Positions 1 through 10,257 of a stretch of DNA of 64,000 nt are shown here, in pieces. The notes under the pieces were generated by a model, which saw only the letters and a program-made list of their open reading frames with translations, had not been told where the DNA came from and did not search any database. This stretch comes from Candidatus Binatia bacterium. Its GTDB lineage: Bacteria; Desulfobacterota; Binatia; Bin18. The position numbers were made by a program, and so were the translations under genes. How positions within the stretch are numbered: position 1 is the first letter of the stretch; each line of letters starts with the position of its first letter. The DNA is taken from assembly GCA_963664395.2 (NCBI GenBank), contig OY761159.2:672001-736000 (forward strand), given 5' to 3'.

Positions 1-2765
1 ATTACCTGAACCGTTATTTCGCTGACCCCGAAGTGCTGTGCGCCGACCTGAACGCGGCCAAGACTCAAGACCGACAGACTGCGACCATGCCGGACTTTGA
101 ACCGGACGACCTACGTACCCTCGCCTTTCAGAGCGCCACCGGCTCGGGCAAAACGCTCCTCATGCACGCCCATATCCTGCAATTCCAACACTACCTGGAC
201 CGGTCCGGCGGGCGGCTGAATAACATCGTCCTGCTGACGCCCAACGAACAGATGTCGGCCCAGCACGAGCGCGAGTTGCAGACCAGCGGTCTGCGGGCGC
301 GGTTGTTTTCTGCCGAGGCCGGGGCCGACCTGTTCTCGCATATTGAGATCATTGACCTGAACAAGCTGGCCGAGAAGAAAGGCGTCAAGCGTGTGGCCGT
401 GCAGGACTTTGGCGACAACAATCTGGTGTTGGTCGATGAAGGCCATTTGGGCGCGTCCGGCAAAGTGTGGCGCGAGCGTCGTAAAGAATTGTCGCGCGGC
501 GGCTTCACCTTCGAGTATTCGGCCACCTTCAATCAAGTGGTCGGCAAAGATACGGAACTGTTGAACGCCTACGCCAAATGCCTGTTGTTCGACTACGCCT
601 ACCACCAGTTTCACGACGACGGTTACGGCAAAGACTACGCCATCTCCAACCTGCCGAGCGGAATAAAAGACGCGAGCAGCCATATGTATCTGCTGGGCTG
701 CCTGCTGACCTTCTACCAGCAGTGTCGCATCTGGTGGGACAAGGGCGCGCAGTGGGCGGAATTCAACCTGACCAAGCCGCTCTGGGTATTTCTGGGCAAA
801 ACCGTCACCGGCTCCGGCAAGGCCGACACGGAAACGAAGTCCGACGTTATCCTCATTCTCGATTTCCTGGGCTGGGTGCTGGCGAACGCCGATGTAGTAC
901 GGCCTATGATCGCCAGCCTGCTTGCTGGTCAATCCGGCCTGCCCGATGAGACGGGCAACGACTACTTCGCCGGGCGGTTCGGCTATCTCAACCGGCACTC
1001 GCAAGACGATCTCTACGCCGATATGTGTGACGCTCTGTTTCATGGACAGGGGAAACTTCACGTCGTCTATCTGACCGCAGGAGAAGGTGAGCTGCACCTG
1101 CGCAGCGCGGATAACCCTGTCTTCGGTGTGGTCAATATCGGCGATTCGACGGCCCTCCATAAGCTGCTGGTGGAGAAAGCCAGCCCCGATATCTCCATCG
1201 ACCGGGAGGCCGGGTTCGCGGAACGACTGTTCGCCGATGTGGACAGACCGGACTCGACTGTGAACATCGTTATCGGTGCGCGGCGGTTCATTGCCGGCTG
1301 GAACTCCTGGAGGGTGAGCACCATGGGACTGATGCACGTCGGGGTAGGCGAAGGCCCGGAAATCATTCAGATGTTCGGACGGGGGGTCCGCCTGAAAGGG
1401 TGGAATACGAGCCTGAAACGTCACCGCAAAAGTGGGGCGGAACTACCGAGCGACAGTGTCGATCTCGGAGAACTGGAAACCTTGTATATCTTCGGGTTGC
1501 GCGCCAATTACATGCAAACCTTCCGAAACCTGCTGGAAAAGGAAGGCATGCGTGTTGAACAGGAGACAATCGAATTGCCCGTGACCTGGAACTTCGGGCA
1601 ACAACCGAACCTGAAATTGATCCGCCTCAAAGACGACCAGAAGTATGAACGCTCCGAGGTACGCGTGACTGTCCCGAACCCCGGCGATGCTGATGCTCCC
1701 ATCATAACGCTCGATTTGTACTCGCAGTTGCAATCCGTGGCGTCCGGCGAAGTATCTTCCGCTTCCTCCATGCAAAAAACGCCAGTCAAACTTGAGCCAC
1801 GCCATACCAGCTTTTTCAACCGAGCCCGTCTGTATGACACCCTGCTGAGACGCAAGCAGCAGAACGGCTGGCACAATCTGACGATCAGACCGGAAACGGT
1901 CGAGTGTCTTTTGCAGAATGAAGACTGGTATGACCTGTATATGCCCTCGGAGCGGCTGAATGTGGCCGATTTTCGGAGTGTGCGGGAGTTGGAGGATATC
2001 GCCCTTGATCTCATGACCGAATATGCCGACCAATTCTGGCGCAAACAACGACGGCGCTGGGAGAGCGACAACATCGAAGTGGTGACGCTGGACGAAAGCG
2101 ACCCCAACAACGTGAGGTCTTACGAGTTGTCGGTGGACGTGACGCAGAGTCAGTTGATCGGCGATATACAGAACTTGAAGGCGAATATTGAACGCCACTA
2201 TTTCGATAGCCTGAAACTCGGTGTCATCATGACCGGCGCTCACGCCTATCAGCCGCTTCTTTACGCCGGCAAGGATTGCAGCGTCACGGTCCGACCGGTT
2301 GCCCTGGACGAGAACGAAAAAAAGGTGGTTGAGAGACTCGCGGAATTGGCCGAAAGTCGTGACCAGTGTTTACAAGGCCAGGAATTATACCTGATCCGCA
2401 ATCTGACGCGCGGTCGAGGTATGTCGTTTTTTGACGATTTCGGTTATTACCCCGACTTCATTGTCTGGTTGAACGGCACCGACTGTCAGCACGTCATTTT
2501 TCTTGATCCTAAAGGGTTGAGCCGGTTCGGGCGCAGAGAGCGCCAGAAGGTCAAGTTGTACCAAAACATCAAGACCATTGAAGAACGGATTCGGGAGACT
2601 GACCCGAACCTGCGCCTGCACGCCTATGTTCTGTCAGTCACACCGCCACACAAGATTGACGATGGCAGTCGTTCTTCAAACGACTGGAAAAATGACGGCG
2701 TGTATTTCCTGAATACGCCGGATTGCCTGCAACAGGTCATCGAAGACGTGTTGAACTCTGTGTAG
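1..2765 (+). CDS. Type III restriction enzyme Res subunit (helicase + PD-(D/E)XK nuclease), 5'-truncated by window edge
   Basis: Walker A AFQSATGSGKT, LVLVDEGH, EYSATF, QMFGRGVRL; C-terminal YYPDFIVW...IFLDPKG nuclease motif. Confidence 0.9.
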   Translation, partial: YLNRYFADPEVLCADLNAAKTQDRQTATMPDFEPDDLRTLAFQSATGSGKTLLMHAHILQFQHYLDRSGGRLNNIVLLTPNEQMSAQHERELQTSGLRARLFSAEAGADLFSHIEIIDLNKLAEKKGVKRVAVQDFGDNNLVLVDEGHLGASGKVWRERRKELSRGGFTFEYSATFNQVVGKDTELLNAYAKCLLFDYAYHQFHDDGYGKDYAISNLPSGIKDASSHMYLLGCLLTFYQQCRIWWDKGAQWAEFNLTKPLWVFLGKTVTGSGKADTETKSDVILILDFLGWVLANADVVRPMIASLLAGQSGLPDETGNDYFAGRFGYLNRHSQDDLYADMCDALFHGQGKLHVVYLTAGEGELHLRSADNPVFGVVNIGDSTALHKLLVEKASPDISIDREAGFAERLFADVDRPDSTVNIVIGARRFIAGWNSWRVSTMGLMHVGVGEGPEIIQMFGRGVRLKGWNTSLKRHRKSGAELPSDSVDLGELETLYIFGLRANYMQTFRNLLEKEGMRVEQETIELPVTWNFGQQPNLKLIRLKDDQKYERSEVRVTVPNPGDADAPIITLDLYSQLQSVASGEVSSASSMQKTPVKLEPRHTSFFNRARLYDTLLRRKQQNGWHNLTIRPETVECLLQNEDWYDLYMPSERLNVADFRSVRELEDIALDLMTEYADQFWRKQRRRWESDNIEVVTLDESDPNNVRSYELSVDVTQSQLIGDIQNLKANIERHYFDSLKLGVIMTGAHAYQPLLYAGKDCSVTVRPVALDENEKKVVERLAELAESRDQCLQGQELYLIRNLTRGRGMSFFDDFGYYPDFIVWLNGTDCQHVIFLDPKGLSRFGRRERQKVKLYQNIKTIEERIRETDPNLRLHAYVLSVTPPHKIDDGSRSSNDWKNDGVYFLNTPDCLQQVIEDVLNSV

Positions 2766-2789
2766 CCCCGTAGCTCGCACCTTACCCCT

Positions 2790-2819
2790 GTCGGATTACG
2801 CTGCGCTAATTCGACCTAC
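2790..2819 (-). repeat. GTAG-type REP-like palindrome
   Basis: Reverse complement GTAGGTCGAATTAGCGCAGCGTAATCCGAC, between convergent genes. Confidence 0.65.
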
Positions 2820-2856
2820 GGACACCATACGAATAGGCCACGGGTAGGCTGCCAGC

Positions 2857-3513
2857 TTATATCGGCCAGTCTTGCATTCGGTAGGCCATCTCCCAGAAGA
2901 GATATTCATAGCGGGAGCTGGCTTGAAAAATCTGGGTGAGCTGCTTTTCATCCGCGCTTGGCGCCAGGCGGTCAAGCACGTCCCGTAACCAGGTCGAGAG
3001 TACGGCAAACTCCGGGTCGGCGTACATATCAATCCATTTACCGTAAAATACCGGAGCGCTCGGCTTGCCCTGTCGTGCCAGAGCCTGGCCGATTTCACTA
3101 TAGCCCCACTGGCAGGGCAGGACCGCGCTGACTATGGCAGCCAGGTCTCCGAGCGCCGCCACGCGTACTAAATGATTCGTATATGCCTGCGTGGTTGGTG
3201 CAGCCTGAGTTGCCGCCAGCGTCTCCGCACTGATGCCACACTCCGCGGCAAACGTACGGTGGAGCGCCATTTCCTGATTGAGGGTAGCCTCAAGGAGCCG
3301 GGCAAAACGCCCCATGGTGTCCAGGTCGGGAGCCTTTGCCGTCGCCAGGGCCAGGACGCGGCTGTACTCAATCAGGAATACATAGTCCTGACACATATAA
3401 AACTGGAATTTTTCCAAAGGCAGGCTGCCGTCTCCAAGGCCGACCACAAAGGGGTGTGTGAGCGTCTTTTGCCAGGTCGGCGTGGCTGCATGTAATTTTT
3501 GGCTCAATGACAT
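2857..3513 (-). CDS. tenA: Thiaminase II / aminopyrimidine aminohydrolase (TenA_C)
   Basis: HPFV, FQFYMCQDYVFL, catalytic LPCQWGY, WIDMY, YEYLFWEMA. Confidence 0.93.
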   Translation of the reverse strand: MSLSQKLHAATPTWQKTLTHPFVVGLGDGSLPLEKFQFYMCQDYVFLIEYSRVLALATAKAPDLDTMGRFARLLEATLNQEMALHRTFAAECGISAETLAATQAAPTTQAYTNHLVRVAALGDLAAIVSAVLPCQWGYSEIGQALARQGKPSAPVFYGKWIDMYADPEFAVLSTWLRDVLDRLAPSADEKQLTQIFQASSRYEYLFWEMAYRMQDWPI

Positions 3514-3567
3514 AGCTACCTCACAGGCTTCTGCACGGGGGACGATGCGGGTCAGATAGAACCGACC

Positions 3568-4308
3568 TCAGCGCTTCTGCACATACAGAAGAAATTCTTT
3601 ATTACCTTTTGGCCCTCGCAGGGGAGACTCCGTCACCCCTCGGACTTCAAGCTGCCACTGATTCGCACGCGCCTGCAAGTCTGCCAGCACTTCCGCGTGG
3701 AGGGCCGGATCACGGACCACACCGCCTTTACCAACCCGCCCTTTCCCCACTTCAAATTGAGGTTTGACTAAGGCGACAATCTCTCCCTTGGCGGCGATCA
3801 AGCCGATGACATGTGGAATAATCAAAGTGAGCGAAATAAACGAGGCGTCTATCACCGCCAAGCTCGGGGTCGGGATCAATTCGTCAAGAGCAAGGCTGCG
3901 GATATTACGCCGTTCCAGGTTCACGACACGCGGGTCTTGGCGGAGAGACCAGGCCAGTTGTCCGTAGCCGACGTCAACGGCAAAAATCTTGGCTGCGCCA
4001 TGCTGCAAAAGACAGTTCGTAAACCCGCCGGTTGAAGCCCCAACATCCAGGGCAATGACTCCGGTCACGTCCAAACCAAATGCCTCCAGCCCACCCGCCA
4101 GTTTGTGACCACCCCGACTGACATACGGAGACTGAGCGCCTGCCTTGAGCCGCACGGTACTAGCAGGATCAATCAGCGTGCCAGGCTTGTCCACCCGCTG
4201 CTCGCCGGCAACGACGGCGCCGGCCATGATCAGCCGCCGGGCTTGTTCCCGGCTGGAAACCAGACCACGTTCGACCAGGAGCAGATCAAGACGTTTGCGT
4301 TGGCCCAC
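3568..4308 (-). CDS. tlyA: TlyA family rRNA 2'-O-methyltransferase
   Basis: S4 domain KRLDLLLVERG, YVSRGGHKL, DVGASTGGFT, VKPQFE, GPKGNKEF. Confidence 0.95.
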   Translation of the reverse strand: MGQRKRLDLLLVERGLVSSREQARRLIMAGAVVAGEQRVDKPGTLIDPASTVRLKAGAQSPYVSRGGHKLAGGLEAFGLDVTGVIALDVGASTGGFTNCLLQHGAAKIFAVDVGYGQLAWSLRQDPRVVNLERRNIRSLALDELIPTPSLAVIDASFISLTLIIPHVIGLIAAKGEIVALVKPQFEVGKGRVGKGGVVRDPALHAEVLADLQARANQWQLEVRGVTESPLRGPKGNKEFLLYVQKR

Positions 4309-4311
4309 GTT

Positions 4312-5217
4312 TCAGCACGATTCGGACGGGACGGCTCGTTCCATCACAAAAAGGGCGATCTGACGCAGGGGCTCGGCTTTCGGGCCAAATGATTGGAGGG
4401 CGGTGAGGGCAGCACCAAGGAGTTCCCGTGCATACTGCTTGGTTTTTTTCATCCCCAGGGCAGCCGGATAGGTGGCTTTGTTGAGCTCGGCATCGCGTCC
4501 AACCCGTTTGCCCGTTTTTGCCGTGCCGCCTTCAATGTCCATAATGTCGTCTGTCACCTGAAAGGCCAGCCCAACGGCCGTCCCATATTGGTCAAGGCGG
4601 GCGTATTGTTTCGCGCTCGCGCCACCAACCCGGGCGCCAACGCGGACCGATGCCCGCAGCAGTGCCCCGGTCTTCCGGGTGTGAATATATTCAACCCGTT
4701 TGCGAGTCGGCTTTTGGTGTTCGGCTTCGATATCTGCCACCTGTCCACCAACCATGCCGGCTATACCGGCTCCGGCCGCCACTTCCCATATGGCCTGGAG
4801 GGCCGCGGTGCGGTCCTGGCCGCGTTTGAGCGCGGCCTGGACCATAATCCGAAAGGCTTCGGTCAGCAGCCCGTCGCCAGCCAAAATGGCCATGGCTTCA
4901 CCAAACACAACATGATTGGTCGGCTTACCGCGTCGCAGGTCATCATCGTCCATGGCCGGCAGATCGTCGTGCACCAAGGAGTAGGAGTGGATCATTTCCA
5001 GCGCGCAGGCAAAGGGCAGGATGCGCTGCGGGCGAGCGCCTACGGCCTCCCCGCTGGCAAGGGCCAGGATGGGCCGAATCCGTTTCCCCCCGGAAAACAG
5101 GCTATAGTGCATGGCCTTCCCCAAGTTCTTGGGCGGGGCCTCATGGTCGGTCAGCAGTTGCTTGAGCGTCCGGTCAATCAGCGTGCAGCGCTGCTGTAAG
5201 TACTGTTCGAGTTTCAC
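4312..5217 (-). CDS. ispA: Farnesyl diphosphate synthase
   Basis: GGKRIRP, HDDLPAMDDDDLRRGKPT, KTGALL, FQVTDD. Confidence 0.93.
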   Translation of the reverse strand: MKLEQYLQQRCTLIDRTLKQLLTDHEAPPKNLGKAMHYSLFSGGKRIRPILALASGEAVGARPQRILPFACALEMIHSYSLVHDDLPAMDDDDLRRGKPTNHVVFGEAMAILAGDGLLTEAFRIMVQAALKRGQDRTAALQAIWEVAAGAGIAGMVGGQVADIEAEHQKPTRKRVEYIHTRKTGALLRASVRVGARVGGASAKQYARLDQYGTAVGLAFQVTDDIMDIEGGTAKTGKRVGRDAELNKATYPAALGMKKTKQYARELLGAALTALQSFGPKAEPLRQIALFVMERAVPSESC

Positions 5218-5462
5218 ACGTCCTCTTCTTCGTCAGTCTCGAGACGCTGGGTCTGAAAGAGACCACTATTATCCCGGGTTAAGACCTCGACCCGTTTTTC
5301 TACCTCAGTCAGTTTCCCTTCCAGGAAGCGCACCAGCGATACCCCATCTTCAAAGGCTTGGAGGGATGCTTCGAGCGACAGGTCTCCGGCATCGAGTTTC
5401 TCAACTAACCCTTCCAAGTCCTGCAGGGCGTCTTCAAATTTTTTATCTGCCGAAATTTCCAT
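5214..5462 (-). CDS. xseB: Exodeoxyribonuclease VII small subunit
   Basis: FEDALQDLE...LSLEASLQAFEDG; between xseA and ispA. Confidence 0.92.
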   Translation of the reverse strand: MEISADKKFEDALQDLEGLVEKLDAGDLSLEASLQAFEDGVSLVRFLEGKLTEVEKRVEVLTRDNSGLFQTQRLETDEEEDV

Positions 5463-5473
5463 CTGCTCTCCAT

Positions 5474-6700
5474 CTACTTTGTGACCTCTTCAACCCGGGC
5501 CTGTGCCTCTCCTTGAGCAAAGGTTAAACGCACGCTCTCTCCAGGACGAAGCGCTGCCGCATCCCTCACCAGATTATTCTCAGGTATGGTCCGCGTGAGA
5601 CTATACCCCCGACCTAAAACGGCAAGGGGACTCAAACTGTTGAGGGTAGCCGCGACGTCTTCCAGCCGTGCGCGCCCACTCTCGTTCTTGCGCTGAAATG
5701 CCGAGCGGAGTCGTGTCATGGCTACCCGAATCTGCTCGCGCAGCGTGTCAATCTGATGCTGTGGATCACGAATACGCTCCTCACGGCGCCCAACCTGCAT
5801 TCGGCAATCCGAGACATAGCGCTGCATGGCTGTGGTAAGAGCTCGGGCGCTGCCGGCGACTTGATTGGACAAGTCAAGCCACAAGGGCACAACCATTTCT
5901 GCCGCAGCAGTCGGTGTCGGGGCACGGGAATCCGCCACCAGATCGGCAATACTCAGGTCAATCTCATGGCCGACAGCAGCCACAACAGGTACGTCAGAGC
6001 TTGCGATTGCGCGGGCCACCACCTCGTCATTGAAGGCATACAAATCCTCGCGCGAGCCCCCACCACGCCCGACAATAATCACTTCGGCCTGCCCGTGTTC
6101 GTTCAAGTCATTGATACCCGCGGCAATTTCAATGCCCGCCCCAGCGCCTTGGACCTTGGTTGGCCGAACGATCACCTGCGTATACGGACAGCGTCCGTGT
6201 AAAATTGTCAGAATATCCTGAATAGCCGCCCCCCCGAGTGCGGTGACTACCCCGATATAGCGTGGAAAGAATGGGAGGGGACGCTTGCGTTCCGGCGCGA
6301 AGAGGCCCTCGGCTGCAAGTTTGGTTTTGAGCTGCTCTAACGCTAATTGCTGCTCGCCCAGCCCGCGCGGCTCCATGCTGGCCGCATAGACCTGCAAATC
6401 TCCGCGTGCGGAATAAATGCTGACCCGGCCCTTGATAAGGACCTCAAGACCATCCTCGGGCTGAAAGCGGAGCAGCCGGGCATAGCCGCGAAACATCACT
6501 CCACGCAACTGGCTGGTGTCATCCTTGAGCGTGAAATACACATGCCCGGAGGCCGGGGCGCGCAGGCCGGATATCTCGCCAACAACCCAGACATCACCAA
6601 AGTCAGCCTCAAGCCGCCCTTGGATCAGGCTGGCCAAATCGGTGACAGACAGGGCGCGGCCGGGCTTAAAGGCAGCGGTCGTCATATGAGCGGGGGTCAC
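5474..6700 (-). CDS. xseA: Exodeoxyribonuclease VII large subunit
   Basis: VWVVGEIS, SGHVYFTLKD, GRGGGSREDL, AVGHEID, RAPTPTAAAE. Confidence 0.96.
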   Translation of the reverse strand: MTPAHMTTAAFKPGRALSVTDLASLIQGRLEADFGDVWVVGEISGLRAPASGHVYFTLKDDTSQLRGVMFRGYARLLRFQPEDGLEVLIKGRVSIYSARGDLQVYAASMEPRGLGEQQLALEQLKTKLAAEGLFAPERKRPLPFFPRYIGVVTALGGAAIQDILTILHGRCPYTQVIVRPTKVQGAGAGIEIAAGINDLNEHGQAEVIIVGRGGGSREDLYAFNDEVVARAIASSDVPVVAAVGHEIDLSIADLVADSRAPTPTAAAEMVVPLWLDLSNQVAGSARALTTAMQRYVSDCRMQVGRREERIRDPQHQIDTLREQIRVAMTRLRSAFQRKNESGRARLEDVAATLNSLSPLAVLGRGYSLTRTIPENNLVRDAAALRPGESVRLTFAQGEAQARVEEVTK

Positions 6701-6733
6701 TACAGCAAACAGGCCGAATGAACCGGACTCGCC

Positions 6734-8095
6734 TCACTGGCCTTGTGCCTCAGCGACCGTTGTCTGAAAGACCTTCCACGACTTGAGCAATTCAAGCGCC
6801 CGGTCAAGCTGAGGATCTTTACCCATCTCGCCTTCTTTAATAGCAACCTCAGGCAGGGCTTGGGACTCAGCCGCAGCATCGGCAGGACCGTCGTCCGATT
6901 TGCCTTGCGGAGTGTGTTCGCTGATATTGTCAAAGTGTCCGCGCAAATTCTCTTCCCGCACTCCGTGCCGGCGACTGGCTGCGGCATAGGCTTCGGGTAC
7001 GTTTTCAAGTTCAATATCAGGGGCAATGCCAGTCACCTGGATCGACCGTCCATTCGGCGTGAAATACATGGCCGTGGTCAGACGGAGAGCCGCACCACCC
7101 TCGACGGGTAAAATCGTCTGCACCGAGCCTTTGCCAAAGGTCTTTGTTCCAAGCAGCACCGCGCGGCCGTGATCCTGTACCGCACCGGCAACGATCTCGG
7201 AGGCACTCGCACTACCGCCATTGACCAGGACAACGAGCGGGATGTCTGTATATCCTCCGGGATGGGCAAAATATTTTTGTTTCTGGCTTTCGAGCCGGCC
7301 CTCGGTATACACGATCATGCCGGAACTCAAAAAGAGATCGGAGACTTTAACCGCCTGACTGAGCAGTCCGCCGGGATTATTCCGCAGGTCCAGTACCATG
7401 CCTTGGAGTTGGCCATTTTCCTGGTTGAGCTTTTTCAGTACCGCGTCCAGGTCGCTACTGGTCCGATCTTGAAACTGGGTGACACGAATGTAGGCATAGC
7501 CCTTTTCCAAGGTTTTCGATTTTACACTGCGAATCTTGATCACTTCACGAATAAGGGAGATATCAATCAGGCGTGGAACATCTTCACGACGGACCGAGAT
7601 AGTAATCTGTGTCCCCTGCTTGCCACGCATCTTTTTCACAGCCTGGATGAGCGACATGTCTTTTGTCAGCTCGCCGTTGATCTTGATGATCTGGTCCCCG
7701 GCCTGGACCCCGGCACGATAGGCAGGCGTATCCTCAATAGGCGAAACAATCGTCAGAATGTCATCTCGAGTCGTGATCTCAATACCCAGGCCGCCGAAAC
7801 TGCCCTCTGTATCAACCTGGAGTTCCTGATAGGAATCAGGTGTCAGATAGGCACTGTGCGGGTCCAACGCCCTGAGCATGCCATTAATCGCCCCTTCAAT
7901 GAGGGCTTGGGTCTCTGTTTCCTCAACGTAGTTCTTTTGCACAATGGCCAGGACGTTGGTAAACGCCTCAAGGTCTTCATAGGTGCTGCGATCAACGGCT
8001 GAAACAAGATTGAGCCCATGTCCGCCGAACAGAACCAGCCCAATGCCACCAGCAACCAATCCCACAATGATTCGCTGCCGTTTTCCGTGCATCAT
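6734..8095 (-). CDS. ctpA: Carboxyl-terminal processing protease (S41A, PDZ)
   Basis: LDPHSAY, DLRNNPGGLL, SASASEIVAG, TFGKGSVQ. Confidence 0.92.
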   Translation of the reverse strand: MMHGKRQRIIVGLVAGGIGLVLFGGHGLNLVSAVDRSTYEDLEAFTNVLAIVQKNYVEETETQALIEGAINGMLRALDPHSAYLTPDSYQELQVDTEGSFGGLGIEITTRDDILTIVSPIEDTPAYRAGVQAGDQIIKINGELTKDMSLIQAVKKMRGKQGTQITISVRREDVPRLIDISLIREVIKIRSVKSKTLEKGYAYIRVTQFQDRTSSDLDAVLKKLNQENGQLQGMVLDLRNNPGGLLSQAVKVSDLFLSSGMIVYTEGRLESQKQKYFAHPGGYTDIPLVVLVNGGSASASEIVAGAVQDHGRAVLLGTKTFGKGSVQTILPVEGGAALRLTTAMYFTPNGRSIQVTGIAPDIELENVPEAYAAASRRHGVREENLRGHFDNISEHTPQGKSDDGPADAAAESQALPEVAIKEGEMGKDPQLDRALELLKSWKVFQTTVAEAQGQ

Positions 8096-8232
8096 TTTGC
8101 CCCTCTGCTATCCGCCATGCGCTCGACTTTGTGTGGCATGACCGACTTTTTATATAGCATAATTCAAGCCCCTCGATATGGGGCGTGCACTCTCTGCTTA
8201 TCTTCCCTGCTCGGCGGGGGAATGAAGCCCGG

Positions 8233-8805
8233 CTATCCTGCTGGAGCGAAAGGAATATGGGCGCCGGGCATCTCCGTATCTACACGCCACTCCCCCTGTT
8301 GGATTAAACGCCGGAGGGCTTCCTCTACCTGAGGCTGGGCCCAGTTATTATAACCAATATGGTGATAGACGACTTGCCCCTGACGATCAATGACAAACGT
8401 CTCGGGATAACCGGTGACACCATATTTCTTGCCTACCTCTCCGTGGGTATCGAGCAGCACAGGGAAGGTATATCCCCCTTCTTGCAGATAGGGTTTCACG
8501 GTGGCGGCCCCATCAACATCCTGACTCGCCGCCAACAGCACGAAGTCTTCGCCGCTGAGTTTGTGCGCCAGGGTTTCCATAGTCGGCATCTCTTGCCGAC
8601 ACGGCCCGCACCAGGTAGCCCAGACATTCAGCAAAACAACTTTCCCCTTGAGCTGAGAGAGGCGGACAGCCTGACCGCTCACATCGGGCAGCAGGAAATC
8701 CGGGGCAGGCCGGGGCAGTGTAGTCCGAGAGGGCGTTGTGATCAGCAGCACCACACCCAGCAGAACAAGCATACCCACGCCCCCGAGGATCAACCAGGGT
8801 CTCAC
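8233..8805 (-). CDS. TlpA/ResA-like membrane-anchored thiol-disulfide oxidoreductase
   Basis: N-terminal TM, WATWCGPCRQEMP, GYPETFVID. Confidence 0.9.
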   Translation of the reverse strand: MRPWLILGGVGMLVLLGVVLLITTPSRTTLPRPAPDFLLPDVSGQAVRLSQLKGKVVLLNVWATWCGPCRQEMPTMETLAHKLSGEDFVLLAASQDVDGAATVKPYLQEGGYTFPVLLDTHGEVGKKYGVTGYPETFVIDRQGQVVYHHIGYNNWAQPQVEEALRRLIQQGEWRVDTEMPGAHIPFAPAG

Positions 8806-9593
8806 CGCGATTTCTCCATTTTATTATGAACGGCTGGGAGGCGTTGCGCCTTCCTTGTGAATAAGAAACTCGTCCCGACCAGCATCAGGCCGATGCTGAG
8901 CACCTGGGCTTGGGAGAATTCTCCTAAAAGTGGAGGATTGACACGCACGAATTCCAGGAAAAACCGGGCAATCCCGGCTAATAGCAAATACCCCCAGAAC
9001 AGGGAGCCAGGGCGATGCAGAGACGTCCGGCGGTTCCATAACACGGCGGCAACCGCAAAATACGCGGCCATCTCGTAGAGCGGCGTCGGATGGACGAACA
9101 CATCCGGCGGATAGTCCCAGCCGACAATGGCATCCGGGTAGGCCATCCCCCAGGGCAAGGCGGTGGGCGGCCCCCAGTCCCCATCCCCAGCTAGCTGGCA
9201 GCCAATGCGTCCGGTCCCATGACCCAGGGCGATCGCCGGGGCAATCGCGTCCATGGTCTCCAGCCAGGGCAGCTTATAGTGCCGGATACACACACTGGCG
9301 CCGACGATACCGCCGATTAAGCCACCGTGCCAGACAAAGCCGGCACCGGTAAAAAGCAAGGCCCACGGATCAGCCAGAAACGCGGACCAATTATCCAGAA
9401 TGAAGAGCAGCCGGGCACCGAGCAGCCCACCAACGGCGGCCCACAGGACCAAGGTCGAAGCGAGGTCGGGGTTCCGGCCTTGATAGGCTAAACCTTTGCC
9501 CAGCAACCAGGCGGCGGCCACAAAGCCCAGCGCCATCATGACCCCATAGCTGTATACCGTGAAGGGGCCGAATTCGAGCAGGACAGGATACAT
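8802..9593 (-). CDS. lgt: Prolipoprotein diacylglyceryl transferase
   Basis: YSYGVMMA, LGARL, WHGGLIGG, GRIGC, HPTPLYE, RFFLEFVR. Confidence 0.93.
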   Translation of the reverse strand: MYPVLLEFGPFTVYSYGVMMALGFVAAAWLLGKGLAYQGRNPDLASTLVLWAAVGGLLGARLLFILDNWSAFLADPWALLFTGAGFVWHGGLIGGIVGASVCIRHYKLPWLETMDAIAPAIALGHGTGRIGCQLAGDGDWGPPTALPWGMAYPDAIVGWDYPPDVFVHPTPLYEMAAYFAVAAVLWNRRTSLHRPGSLFWGYLLLAGIARFFLEFVRVNPPLLGEFSQAQVLSIGLMLVGTSFLFTRKAQRLPAVHNKMEKSR

Positions 9594-9687
9594 GCCGCGA
9601 TCATAGCTGAGGGCCTTGCCTGATACCAGATCAATATATACCGCACCGTCCTTCAGCTTGTATGAACCGGATGACTCAGCTAACTAT

Positions 9688-9737
9688 CGCCATGGAACGA
9701 GCGCCATGGAACGAGCGCCATGGAACGAGCGCCATGG
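9688..9737. repeat. 14-bp tandem repeat (CGCCATGGAACGAG) x3.6
   Basis: Three exact copies plus CGCCATGG in the lgt/dtd divergent intergenic region. Confidence 0.9.
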
Positions 9738-9786
9738 GACTACGGGGAACTCGCGCAGAGAACACTACGAGAGAAGAAGCAACGCT

Positions 9787-10251
9787 ATGCGGGCCGTCAT
9801 CCAGCGAGTGAGTGAGGCGCACGTCTCGGTTGAAGGGAGAATCGTCGGACAGATTCAACACGGACTGGTTGTCCTGCTCGGCGTGACAACCGGTGACACC
9901 GAAGCACAGGCGGACTTTCTGAGCGAAAAAATTATGGGGCTGCGGATTTTCTCAGACGATGCGGGGAAATTCGCCTACTCCGTCCAAGACGTGGGCGGAG
10001 CACTCTTGGTTGTGTCGCAATTCACGCTGTACGGCGATACGCGCAAAGGCCGCCGCCCATCGTTTACCGCCGCGGCAGGGACGGCCACCGCCAAGCCGTT
10101 GTATGAATATTTTGTCGCCTGCTGTCAGCGCCGCCAGATCCCTGTTGCCACGGGTCACTTCCAGGCTCACATGGCCGTCCAACTGGTAAATGACGGTCCG
10201 GTGACGCTACTTATAGACACTGCGGAACGCGGGCCACGTCAGAAGGGCTGA
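9787..10251 (+). CDS. dtd: D-aminoacyl-tRNA deacylase
   Basis: [28 protein letters not shown]. Confidence 0.96.
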   Translation: MRAVIQRVSEAHVSVEGRIVGQIQHGLVVLLGVTTGDTEAQADFLSEKIMGLRIFSDDAGKFAYSVQDVGGALLVVSQFTLYGDTRKGRRPSFTAAAGTATAKPLYEYFVACCQRRQIPVATGHFQAHMAVQLVNDGPVTLLIDTAERGPRQKG

Positions 10252-10257
10252 ACAGCT

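Noticed and set aside
111-2243. Long antisense ORFs here and elsewhere (e.g. 55923-57053)
   Set aside because: Shadow frames of GC-rich genes with no recognisable motifs
1-2765. Novel defence system
   Set aside because: Motifs fit an ordinary Type III Res; the mod gene presumably lies upstream, outside the window
9616-9786. N-terminal extension of Dtd
   Set aside because: Spans the 14-bp repeat; the canonical MRAVIQRV start is at 9787
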